The notes below the pieces were generated by a model that did no database searches, was not told the DNA's origin, and saw only the letters and a list, made by a program, of their open reading frames with translations. DNA of 57,918 bases, counting the filler, from Basidiobolus ranarum (taxonomy: Eukaryota), in NCBI GenBank assembly GCA_040143965.1. It is 6 parts of 6 records of this genome, joined end to end, with 100 filler letters (N's around TTAATTAATTAA, not from the genome) between each part and the next. Parts side by side here need not be neighbours in the genome. Positions count along the whole stretch, not along the records: positions 1 to 9,579 come from JASJQH010000805.1; positions 9,680 to 19,256 come from JASJQH010000806.1; 4 more parts are not named here. One strand, given 5' to 3'. This document shows positions 1 to 11,170 of this stretch, piece by piece. Position 1 is the first letter of the stretch. Each line of letters starts with the position of its first letter. The translations under genes and the position numbers were made by a program.

Positions 1-3000
1 ACAAGCAACTGATTGGCCTTAGACTTTGTGTTCAGATGCAGTCACCATACTCCATATTTTCCTCTTTGGGAATTACTGCTTGTACCACAAGTCACCAGAC
101 TTTCAACACATTGGTGGTGGTTGCCTTGAGATTCCATCACCTGAATAACAGTAGGATCCAAATTTTCAAGAGTAATATGATAAAATCCACCATATACAAA
201 TAGCTATGCATCATTGGCAACACAGCTGTTTCCACCAATTGGCAATTGGATTGCACTTACAGGAAAGATGGGGATTACTTGCATTTGACAACTAATATTA
301 CTATAGGTAGCAATTGGTGTATGTAGCAATTTAGCCTTCCTATTCTCCAGTCAATTGTCAAATTCCTCTGCTCTAAATGCTCTTGTGAGAAGCTGCCAAA
401 CATGATGACACACTTTGCTGAAGGTGGAACTGCCATTCATGAATAGCCTTGTGCAGATATCTTGGCTAATGTTCTTATGAGTGGTCCAATCTTTGTGCAT
501 AAATCTAAATAGGATCCAGCTGATAGTGAATATTTAAGAGAAATTTGAAAACATCTAATCTCTTGTTAGTAGTTCTCTATTTATATAACCATCTATGATG
601 GCCTAGCAAAACCAATTCAATCTCAATAAGATGAATATTATGAAATAAGCTTCATTATCTTTATACTCTAACTTGTACATGGCCTCTTAAACACAGTGGT
701 TGTTTCATCATTATCATATTCTTCTTTGTCAATTAAACTAGGTTCATTGGAGCAATTATGCATAATAGCAGGCTCATCTGAGTGTGGATCACCACATCCA
801 GATATTAGCATATCTTCTTGGGTAATCCTTTGTTTATGAGATCTATTGCACCCAATTTCTTCCTCACTTTGAGTCTTGTCTGTAGAGACACCAATAAATT
901 GCTTATCTGCATACCATTCAAAATATTTAATAACTTGGTTCTTATATCTGAATGAAATCTGCTGTTGATATAGTCTTCTAGCTTTGTAATTCTTTGCCTT
1001 GTTTTAGTTAGAGATCCCTGTAGCTGTTGGGTTTGTCTACACATGCCTAGAAGAAATTTGTGATGTACTCCCTCTCAATACTTGGTGAATGTTTCCTTAA
1101 CATACATGTAGGCTTCACCCAAGTTATCATTTGTCAAAGTGTTAATTGTACTATATTCTCAAATTAGCTGACTTTCTGCATTACTTTGCAAACATTTTTG
1201 CCTATGACTTCTGTCTCTCCTACCATGGCACCTTCCCCTTCTACTTTTCTACTACCTCTTCTTTGGTTTGCTGGTTATAGTGATTGAAGTCCTGCAGTGG
1301 ATGGTTCAGTGGATGTCTGCATTATGGTTGGAGTTGATTGCCCATCAGTTATACTAGGTGGATGGCTATTTAATCTGACTGCTATTGGGCATATTTATAT
1401 GTTCCTATTAGCGCTAATGTTTGGATTTAAACTTAAAGCTTATTTCTGCACATGTCCCAAAGAATGTCAACAATTTGTGTATTTTTACTTCTACATTATG
1501 ACTCATGGTTATTTGATAGGGACTGATGCAAGTCATTTAAAGAATAAAACTTACGTACTCTATCCATTAATAGACTGACTTGAGTAGGTGTTAGATGTTC
1601 ACTTTCTGGCACTAATGCCAGTATCCTCTCCAATTCCTAAAGTGTAATATGTATAACTTTGTATTGTGGAATGCCTGTACTGAGATGCAAAAGCTGGCAA
1701 ATTGTGTTACTTGCCTCCACTCTATTTCTGTATAGAATAGAATAATTTTGGGCATTTTAGTGCCTATTTGCAACCAGTTGTTCTACAGTGCCCAATGCAT
1801 GGGTAGTTTGGTTTTTACCAGGCATTACTGAGTTTTGGGACTGTTGGTTTGCTATTGTCCCACTTCAAACACTACCTTTGCCTCTTCTGGTAGATAGATG
1901 TGGGAAGCAATCATGATATTTTGATGGTATGATCTTGCTTAAACCTTTAAATAAATCATCTTTGGGAAGATATGCCTATGGTTATAGCAAAAGCAGAAAT
2001 GACTCATGCTTCATCATATCATCCATCATACCTATTCAGGATCTTTACTCTAATCTTTCACCAATTGTATACTTTGTAAATATAGACATGTCAGCTGTTA
2101 TAATAAGCCATAGTCATCATATTTCTCTGGTGTGATTGAAATGTGCAGTGGCTTGTCTATAATCACCATGTTTATCATTAGTAGTTACTTGCACCACCCT
2201 ATTATAGTGAATATGGAATTTAAGAAACTCAAAAACTTTCAGATATTAAAACATCATATGAAGTGCAAGATTACAACATAGTCACTGTATTACACTTGCC
2301 AAAAAAATAAACTTTTTAAGAAGTTGTTCACATTTGTAGTGTAAGTTTAATGATTTATGATCTTCTTAGCTCTTGCATAATCAGAAATAGAATATAAAGA
2401 TATAGTATCTTTTATATACACTACAGAAGTAAAAAAGTTTTTAAAAACAGGCTCATGTTTGTAGTGCAAATTGAATAATCTACAACCAATGTAGCCCCTA
2501 TAAAGTCAGATGCAATACATAATAGCATGTTTACATTACTACACAGCTCAAAAGTTACTATTTTTTTGAAATTATAGATGGTTCTATTATGTGTATTGCT
2601 TTTATTTATATAATTTAGAATGCCTTACCTAGAAATACATTGCATTTAGTAGAACCTTTTAAATTTGTAACACCTTTGTGCTACACAGGCTATATAGCCT
2701 ATAATTTATTTTAATGACTATTTTGCTGCTTTGTATACAAATATACATATAGGGAGCTTGGTGCTAGTGATATGTTAATATTTATAAAGCATGACTATCC
2801 AACTACAGGTAGAAAGCTTTTTATCAACACTTTCAGTATTTCTAGATTTGTAACATAATTATGTTATCTCCAATATTTACTTTCTTTATTTACTTTTGTA
2901 TTCTTCAGATAGTTTTTCCAAATGTTACAAATCCATAATATTGATCAAGTTTTCTCTTTACTCTCAACAGTACACAAAGGATATTCATAATAAGTAATTT

Positions 3001-3303
3001 GTGAAATACCAAGCTAAAAAAGCAGCAAGTATACTCATGACAAAATTAAAATATTTAAAAGCTTTTAGAGTCTGAAGAAGAACAACTTCACCTTAGTTTC
3101 CCAGAGACTTACAAATTAATAAATTTATAAAAAATTAAAAAATATCAAATATCTGAGAAATTTCTTACAATTCATAAAAATCATAAAAGCTAGAAAAGGC
3201 TGTGTAATAATGTTGAGAACAGTATCTCTTCCTCAGATGTGTCAAAGGTCAGAGATCTGACCTTTGGAACATTTGGGCAAGCCCAGTTCTACCCATATAC
3301 TAG
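1..3303. mobile_element. Degenerate transposon-like/repeat DNA, class uncertain (possible Helitron-like 3' end at 3243-3303)
   Basis: AT-rich, CG dinucleotides nearly absent by eye, only short broken ORFs. Ends in hairpins followed by CTAG|T, shortly before CpG reappears (~3395). Confidence 0.4.
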
Positions 3304-4950
3304 TAACTTGAGTATATTGTGACAGATGGGTATACTTATATATCATAGATTTAATTTGTAAATTTAAACTACACACTAAATATGTGTAGATGATGCGTGC
3401 TAGAATTACTCCGCAGATAAATAGAAAATATGCTGAACATGATATACAAATAAAAAAAGCTGCAAAAACTTTGGTTGAATATAGCCATAAGAATAGTTTT
3501 CTGATTGTGCAAGATTAATTCATGGCATGAACCCATCCCATGAGGTCGAACTTTCAGTATATTTGATCCTTTTGATCCTTGTACAGTACCTTTTTGGACT
3601 ATATATGGCGATCATATTCCTAGAAACTTGATGGAGTTTTAGCACCAAATTTTATGAGACAACGTGTCATATTTCCGGTGTGGCATCGATTCCCGCAGCC
3701 TTGGTACCTATTACTATCCCATCAACTCACTGCCAGATCACTGTCAATTGCGTTCAAGTTGCAATTCCTAAATTTAGCTTGCCAGACCCAGCAATTCCAG
3801 TACAAACTTTAGATTTCGCAACTAGCTCGGAGTTATGGTTACCAGCGCCGGCATCTGGGACAAACGTATTATAGCTTTCCAACTAGCATGCGTGCAACTC
3901 ACAGGGTGCATTTGATGAGAACCTATTGGATGTAAGATATGACTAACTATGTATTTCTTTTGCGATCTCAGTGGATGGTGGCACCACTTTCGGCTGTAGC
4001 CTAGACAATGCATCCAGTCAACATACCTAAAGCTGTCTTGTGCATTCTTCTTTGCAGTTGATAAATAAACCATGAAATATGATTGGATTCAGAATGATGA
4101 ATATTTTATCTATGATGGTATCCAGCTATACCTCCTCAATACCGGATAGTTGTCCTCAACCTGTTGATCATCGGAAGAACCTAAATTCGTGAGATACACA
4201 ATTATGTACGAACTACCCTTCTGAAACCATAGCAACCTGAATTTGGCTCAACTCAAACTGGTTACGCCAGGACCAAATGATCATCCAGTACTGAGGTGAA
4301 GATTGGCCTGAAATATTCCCCAACTGTTGAAGTTGTGCTTCCCATCATCTATCATTGCCTTGAACGTGGCATGCAGGTAGCTAGTAAGCAACACTTTGTC
4401 TAATGATCGATAGGGGCTGGTGTTGGTGCTGGTGCTGGGCTCCATTTACTAAGCATTTCTTCTCCCGCTTCTGGCTAACTCATCAAGATCCCGGTCAGTC
4501 TAGTTAAATAGAACTTTGGTCACTTTCAAATCTGACAATCGTCATCGTACGGATCTTAGTGGCCAATCGTGATTGGATCAAGAATTATTGCCGCAACAAA
4601 TAAAAGTCAAATAACCTACTGCCTACGTCATCTATATCGAAGATCAAAAATGAAACATGAATGATTTCCATAATTATATTGTTAGATCTAAGAATGGAAC
4701 AATGGACTGGCCAATAGTTGACGTATCAGAACACGAAAGCCATAATATAGGATTGGATGGATCGGTCAAGATTTATCAATAAAAGTTCAGAATGCCAATT
4801 GCCGAAATATATACATATATATAAAAATGATAATTAAATATGAAGGTTATTTATTGAGAGTAAATGATTGGTGAATATTTCAAGTGGGATATAATGGTCG
4901 GGTATTCCCGAATGAGATGATTTTTTGGTGATGTCAAAGATTGAATAATG

Positions 4951-7900
4951 TTAATGAAGATACTCGGCTACTTTTGAAACATGTGGCTCGAACATCAACT
5001 GATGATGTTCAGCGGCAATAGTATGAACAGTCACGTTATTAGAATACTCAGACCAACCGTAGCATTCCTGTAAGCTCTCGTAGTTGGCACCATTGTTAAT
5101 CGCCTTCACTAGGACAATACTTGCGGCCAGTTTTCTTGCAGCTGGTAGATAATTCTTCATCAATTGCTTATTGCTATCGATCTTATTCAGAATCATTCGT
5201 GACGCTGTTTCATCCAAGTTCCATTTACCTCCTTGTGAAATCAAATTGAGATACTCTTTACTAGAACGACTGGCAACTCCATCCTTTGGACGTTCAACAC
5301 CAGGCGCCAACGTGTCAATTATGGTAACTCTAGCCACCTCAAGACCCTGGAATTCTAGTTGACGAGCAGCCTCAAACGCTACCAAGCCTCCAAATGAGTA
5401 TCCATGAAGGTAGTAAGGTCCTTCCCCTTGAACTTCCCGAATGACTGTCACATAATCACTGGCCATCTGTTCAATTGATTCGAAAGATTTGGATGTGCCC
5501 AGAGTAGGATCACTAAGTGAATAAAGAGTATGCTGCATGTAATTTCTTAAAGATCCATAGTAGCTGGCAATTCCCGTGGCACAATGAATAATAAACATAG
5601 TCTCCTGATTGGATTTGCTGATCAGAGCTAAGCAATCATTCCTTTGAGTTGAGGTACGTCTGATTGGTTTGACTCTAGTTTTATCTTCAGGCTCAGCGGG
5701 AGAGATGATACTATTTTGACGAACCGGAGCATAAAGTGCTGGTCTATCTTCTGATGCGTGTGTAGCTTCATTGGAGATGTGGGTGATTGCTTGAATCAAG
5801 GATTCCTCCCATAGTTCCAGCCAGTTTTGTACGATAGACTCGGTAAATATCACTCCGCTGTATTTGATACTAGCCTCAAGTTGTTCTCCTACTAGCTGAG
5901 ATACACATGAGAATACCTGATGGCGTTTCCAAGTAGAGGGAATTGCTTGTAAGTCTACGTTATACTCCGAGTCAGATGGAATCGTCTGCAAGAGTGAGTC
6001 GGAGCTGTCTCGGTTAAGAGAATGAGGATAGTATCCCAAGAAGATTTGAAGTGGATCCTTCTCGAAAGTAGGGGCGGTCTTTTCGTTAAGATAACCCAAA
6101 AGACCATAAGATGCCTCATTACCACGGATTTGTTGAATTTGAGCGACAGTTTGACGAATGATATCCACAATTCCGTCGTCTTCTCCGACGGCAATTACAA
6201 CAGGGTACAGATTAGTGAACCATCCTACAGTTCTAGATATATCAACACGGTTGTCCGAGAATTGACGTCCATGGAACTCTAACTGGATAGAGATTGAGCT
6301 ACGTTCAAACACAGAGCAGAAGGAGTACGCTAAAGAAGCAAGTAGCAAGTCCAAAATATCGATTCCAACAGATTGGTTGCAATATCTATTTGCTAGTTTC
6401 GTGAAGTATGCATCCAGCTTGAAGTCTAGAGAACGAACTGAGCCCATAGTGTTCTGAGCGAGTAGATTGACATCGCTGCAAACTGGTTCTGACTTGGGCT
6501 GAGTAGGCCATGCATTCATATCCAATGTCTGAGCATGCTCATATAATACCTTACTCCACTGCATATACGACACTGATTTATAGCCACATTCGTGACCGTC
6601 GAGAAGTGATTCCAGATCTTCCCAAATGATTCGCCATGACAACAGATCAATGATGTAATGGTGAATGGACATGAAGATCAATTGTTGTCCATTTGGAATC
6701 TGGTAAAGAGAGAACTGGAAGAGGGGACCAGCTGTGAGGTTCATGCTGCGTTGTAGCTGATGAATGTGTGTCTTCAGTTCTTCAGCAGTGCTAACATTGG
6801 TGCTTTGAATTTCAAAGGATACTTCAGCTGGGGGTAGAACTCGTAGTTGCCATTTATCATCAGTGCAAGAGAAACGAGCACGAAGGATATCGTGCTGATC
6901 AACAAGGCTCCTGACCGCACTTGCGAGGGTATCCACTTCTATGTATTCCCGAGTTTTGAAAAGCCAGCTCATATTAAAGTGGTTGAAACTATCTTGTTTC
7001 AAGTCGAAGTACATATGTTGCAGGGGAGAAAGAATCACAGGGCCTTCCACTGTTTCATCTGGTTTGAACCATTCGGGAGTATTTAAGCGGACTTCATCAG
7101 CAAGTTGCGAAATATTTTGTTGCTGCAACATAGTCTGCACTGGGATCTGAATATGGTGCTTTCTACACATCGAGGATACCTGAATGGCCAAAATAGAATC
7201 TCCACCAAGTTGTCTAAATGAGTGGTCCACACTAATATTTTCTTGAGGTATCTTCAGAACTTCAGACCATATTTTCTGAATCAACTTCTCATTTTCCGTA
7301 CGAGGTTGTACTATTGGGGCATTGTTTGAGAGTCCAAATTCACTTAACGAACTGATATCGGATCTTTCGAAGAACGCTGCCAAGAATTTCCTGTCTACCT
7401 TCTCACTGGTATTCAAAGGCATTCTGTTCAGTGGTATCCATATGCTTGGAATCATATATGTGGGTAGATTCTTCTTCGAGAGCTCCTTGATTTCATTAAT
7501 GTACTCCCCAGCCAGCTCAGCATTTTCACCATTCAAAATCGCCACTTCTGAGTCATTTTCAGTGAGATCACTGAACGTTAAGAATGCTACCAAGGCTTTG
7601 TGGTTGGTCTTTGAATCGGTTACTAGAGGTAATGCACAGGCTCTACCAATCTTGAAGTGATCGTTTAGTGTATTTTCTACTTCACCTAATTCGATACGCA
7701 AGCCATGAAGTTTAATCTGGTTGTCTTTTCTACCAATTATTTCCACAGAACCATCCGCACTGAAGCGTGCCAAATCACCGGAGAGATATAGACGTTCTCC
7801 TTCGATAAATGGATGAGCGACAAAAGCTGCGCTGGTCAAGTCTGGACGATTTAGATAACCACGGGCAAGCTGGGGACCTGAGATACAGAGTTCACCAACT

Positions 7901-9579
7901 ACACCCACAGGTGAAGGTTTTAGATCAGATCCAAGAATGTAAATCTTATTTCCTCCAACTGGTTTTCCAACGATACTGCACGAGGCCTCTACTGTTAAGG
8001 AGTTTTTCAAACAAATAACCGTGCCTTCGGTGGGACCATACACATTACTTAGCTCTACATGTGGCGCCCAGGAATTACGAACAGCTGTGGTTACCATTTC
8101 TCCTCCAACCATCAATCTCTTAACACAAGGAACAGAAAGTGGGTTAAGATAGCTAGCAATGGTAGTCATGAGCAAACAGCAAGACACATTCATCGATGTA
8201 ATGATTTGTTCCAAGTTGGTAAGTAAATTATCCTTCGACGCAAGACCCAAGCGAGCTCCACTCACTAGTGTTCCAAATACCTCATGAACGGAGGCATCGA
8301 AAGTGTAATTTGCAAATTGCAAAACTACATCGTCAGATGAAATGTCCCACATCTCCTTATACGCTTTCATATAGTTTACCACTGCCGAATGTTCAAGCAT
8401 GACACCCTTGGGTGTACCAGTAGAACCAGATGTGAATAAAACGTAACACAAATTGGACGGTGTGAGTTCAGAAACAATTGGATTTTTGGCCGATTGTTCG
8501 ACAATCTGTTTCCTGTTTGTATCGAGTAGAAGCAGGTTTACTCCATCGAAGTAATGCTTGTAGCGATCAAGGGTTACCACCACTTTGGCTCTAACTTCAC
8601 TAACAACGTATCTGTTGCGCTCTATAGGGTTTTGAGGATCGAGAGGAACATATGCACCTCCAGCCTTGAGAACAGCCAGCATTGCCACGACCATATCAAT
8701 AGATTTATCAATACAAAGTGGTACCATCAAATCGGGGCCAACACCAAACTCAATGAGGAGATGAGCCAAACGATTAGCTCTGGCATTGAGCTCACCATAT
8801 GTAACAAACTCGGAGGTTTCGAATTGAAGTGCTATATTGTCTGGTGCTAGTTCAACGTGCTTCTCGAACAGCTCATGAATATATGAATTGTAGACAGTGG
8901 CAGTGCCATTGCCACTCCATTTGTTCAATAGAGCGGATTCTTCAGTAGATACGACACTGAAATCGCTAACTAAAGTATTCACATTCTTAGCGATCTCGGA
9001 TAACGCAGTCTTCATATGATTGAACATCCACCGAGCATCACCCTCGGATACCAGATTTCCATCGTAAGTAAGGGTTAGCTGACGCTCCTGAGACATAGTT
9101 ACAAGTTCAACCATGACTGGGTAGTTTGCAGGCATTGTAGTATTTAGCTCCTTCAGTCCGATGGAAGAAATTCCCGAAGCAAAGTCTTCATTAGGAAGAT
9201 TCTGAATGACCAATAATGAATCAAACAACGAATGAGTTCTTGCGTCAACGCAATGTTGCAGAAGATCTTGCAGACCAATTGACTGGTAACGTTGCTGCTT
9301 AGTCTGTGACTTATGGATACGCAGCATTATATCAAGCAGTGTATTATCGTCATCCAGTTTTACACGGACAGGGAGGGTGTTAAAGCAAGGGCCACAAATT
9401 TCTTCAATGCCATTAACCGGAAGATTTCTGCCGGAGTTCACAACACCAAAGACAACATCAGAACTACCGGTATGCAACTTCATTACCAAAGACCATGCCA
9501 AATTGACAATTGTGGCTATGGTTAGGTTATGCTTGGTTGTTATTGGAGTAAAGTCTACATCAAAGTCTTCACTAATGAT
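4951..9579 (-). CDS. Nonribosomal peptide synthetase, 3' part (partial C - A - T - E - TE), 5'-truncated by the linker
   Basis: Frame stays open from 9501 up to the gap at 9579. Motifs: C-domain tail DVVFG..SGR..GPCFNTLPVRV; A-domain YVLFTSGSTGTPKG, NVYGPTE, SGDLAR, GRKDNQIKLHGLRIELGEVE; T-domain LGGDSI; E-domain HHYIIDLLSW, EFHGR, SRTVGWFTNLYP; TE GYSFGG. No introns. Confidence 0.96.
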   Translation of the reverse strand: MISEDFDVDFTPITTKHNLTIATIVNLAWSLVMKLHTGSSDVVFGVVNSGRNLPVNGIEEICGPCFNTLPVRVKLDDDNTLLDIMLRIHKSQTKQQRYQSIGLQDLLQHCVDARTHSLFDSLLVIQNLPNEDFASGISSIGLKELNTTMPANYPVMVELVTMSQERQLTLTYDGNLVSEGDARWMFNHMKTALSEIAKNVNTLVSDFSVVSTEESALLNKWSGNGTATVYNSYIHELFEKHVELAPDNIALQFETSEFVTYGELNARANRLAHLLIEFGVGPDLMVPLCIDKSIDMVVAMLAVLKAGGAYVPLDPQNPIERNRYVVSEVRAKVVVTLDRYKHYFDGVNLLLLDTNRKQIVEQSAKNPIVSELTPSNLCYVLFTSGSTGTPKGVMLEHSAVVNYMKAYKEMWDISSDDVVLQFANYTFDASVHEVFGTLVSGARLGLASKDNLLTNLEQIITSMNVSCCLLMTTIASYLNPLSVPCVKRLMVGGEMVTTAVRNSWAPHVELSNVYGPTEGTVICLKNSLTVEASCSIVGKPVGGNKIYILGSDLKPSPVGVVGELCISGPQLARGYLNRPDLTSAAFVAHPFIEGERLYLSGDLARFSADGSVEIIGRKDNQIKLHGLRIELGEVENTLNDHFKIGRACALPLVTDSKTNHKALVAFLTFSDLTENDSEVAILNGENAELAGEYINEIKELSKKNLPTYMIPSIWIPLNRMPLNTSEKVDRKFLAAFFERSDISSLSEFGLSNNAPIVQPRTENEKLIQKIWSEVLKIPQENISVDHSFRQLGGDSILAIQVSSMCRKHHIQIPVQTMLQQQNISQLADEVRLNTPEWFKPDETVEGPVILSPLQHMYFDLKQDSFNHFNMSWLFKTREYIEVDTLASAVRSLVDQHDILRARFSCTDDKWQLRVLPPAEVSFEIQSTNVSTAEELKTHIHQLQRSMNLTAGPLFQFSLYQIPNGQQLIFMSIHHYIIDLLSWRIIWEDLESLLDGHECGYKSVSYMQWSKVLYEHAQTLDMNAWPTQPKSEPVCSDVNLLAQNTMGSVRSLDFKLDAYFTKLANRYCNQSVGIDILDLLLASLAYSFCSVFERSSISIQLEFHGRQFSDNRVDISRTVGWFTNLYPVVIAVGEDDGIVDIIRQTVAQIQQIRGNEASYGLLGYLNEKTAPTFEKDPLQIFLGYYPHSLNRDSSDSLLQTIPSDSEYNVDLQAIPSTWKRHQVFSCVSQLVGEQLEASIKYSGVIFTESIVQNWLELWEESLIQAITHISNEATHASEDRPALYAPVRQNSIISPAEPEDKTRVKPIRRTSTQRNDCLALISKSNQETMFIIHCATGIASYYGSLRNYMQHTLYSLSDPTLGTSKSFESIEQMASDYVTVIREVQGEGPYYLHGYSFGGLVAFEAARQLEFQGLEVARVTIIDTLAPGVERPKDGVASRSSKEYLNLISQGGKWNLDETASRMILNKIDSNKQLMKNYLPAARKLAASIVLVKAINNGANYESLQECYGWSEYSNNVTVHTIAAEHHQLMFEPHVSKVAEYLH

Positions 9580-9679
9580 NNNNNNNNNNNNNNNNNNNNN
9601 NNNNNNNNNNNNNNNNNNNNNNNTTAATTAATTAANNNNNNNNNNNNNNNNNNNNNNNNNNNNNNNNNNNNNNNNNNNN
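9580..9679. other. Artificial contig linker (N44-TTAATTAATTAA-N44)
   Basis: Palindromic six-frame stop cassette flanked by Ns; the same cassette recurs five times. Confidence 0.98.
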
Positions 9680-10805
9680 ATGGTTGCTCTCAACCCTTAG
9701 GAAGCGCCTTGAGTCATTTGCTAGTGTAATAGCTTCAAATCCAGTTCAAAGATCCTAGGGAGATACATTCTCTGATGAACACGTAAGTAAATGAAAACAG
9801 GGGTATACAATGGACAACAACAATAATCACCTCGAATGATTGCTTGCATGAGAAATGAAAATCCCACGAGAGTCCAATACTACTAGCTTTAGTACTTGAG
9901 AATTCGTCCGTCAAGGAACTGAACAATCGGATACCAAGATTTTGCTACCAATGTGAAGCATATGAATACGGGGTTTGGTGAGAGAGCAGTGCAACCAATC
10001 TACTTGAAACTTACCCCGTGTAGATTGGTCTGAATAAGACCAATGATTTCATTGAAAATCTCTCCCTTTTCTTCATCCGAGTTATCTTGCCAACTTCTCT
10101 TGATGATCACGGCAACCACCTGGGCAAAACAGTTGAGCAAAGGGAACGTTTGATTTGATAGGGTAAAGGGTAGAAAATAGTCACCTGAAGTATCTGTTCA
10201 CAAACATATCTTTCCAAACTAAAAGTAAATCAAAGTTAATCTACCAATGTACTGCCAACCCATTTATCACTGTGTGAAGAAAAAAAGGGAAATATAGGAA
10301 AACTCACGTTGGTTTTTGAAAAACGTAGTTTAAGAGAGAATGTTTCAACTCCGAAACCTCCAATTTAGTTAATTCTCTGTATTCCCGAGCGAAACACTCT
10401 TTCAGAGCGGTGACCGCATGAAATAAAACCATAGAATTGTTTCCATTTTCTTTAAAGTAGAGGAAACCCAACAATAAGTAATCAATACCGGGAAGAAAGA
10501 TACCCACAGGGTTTTATTAAGAGTGGTTACGAAGGGCTCGTAGAAAACTATATTGACTCTAATGAAGTGTATTCAAAGAATAAAAGTAAAAGTGTACTTA
10601 CCAAGTATGTATCGGCAAACTGGTAAGATGTTGGGGGTTTTTTGAAAAGTTAATAGAGTTTGTTCAGCAGCTACTCTAGTGGCGGGAATCTTTGAAAGAG
10701 AAGTGGTTTAGTCGAGGTGGTAAAATGTTCATAAAATAGGGGGTGACTTACGTGAAAGTCAGCACAGGCTTCCTCAAGTTCTTTGAGTACGTTTGCGTAG
10801 TCCAT
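9680..10805 (-). CDS. XPO4: Exportin-4-like karyopherin, 5' part, multi-exon, truncated at the linker
   Basis: Manually spliced with GT-AG introns: MDYANVLKELEEACADFH|IPATRVAAEQTLLTFQKTPNILPVCRYILE|NGNNSMVLFHAV...VVAVIIKRSW...DEFSSTKASSIGLSWDFHFSCKQSFE. This resembles the XPO4 N-terminus as I recall it. Confidence 0.8.
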
Positions 10806-11170
10806 GACGAAGAAATACTAACGCTTGAAAGTGAGGGAGCGAGTGACCTTTTGGTTGCTAAATCCCATTACTTTAGAGTGAATTTCCATTTTTTTTAATG
10901 AACAATGGAATCGAAAATGGCAGGAGATTTTGTCAATATTGATTGGATTGGACTGGACTTTTTTTTTTTTCTAATTTGAGCTTTTCCAGTCATTACTACT
11001 ACTACTACTATATACTTGTACTTCAACTATATTATACGAATGACATTCACTATCATTGCTGTTAGTGTTACGGTTACGGTTAAGCAAAATAGATTTATTC
11101 CCGATTTTAACAAAAAGAAAGATAACATATCGAGCTTGAAGTATTTACATATAGATTTGCGATGATCTGT

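Noticed and set aside
3680-4500. Possible pseudogene downstream of the NRPS (GIAGSGK P-loop-like string, PAPAPTP repeat)
   Set aside because: Fragments are short, interrupted by stops and not assignable to a family by eye.
5171-9631. Plus-strand and alternate-frame ORFs overlapping the NRPS
   Set aside because: Antisense or shadow ORFs of a long real CDS, with no motifs. The same applies to those over PGM, RPS7, the RGS genes and WrbA.
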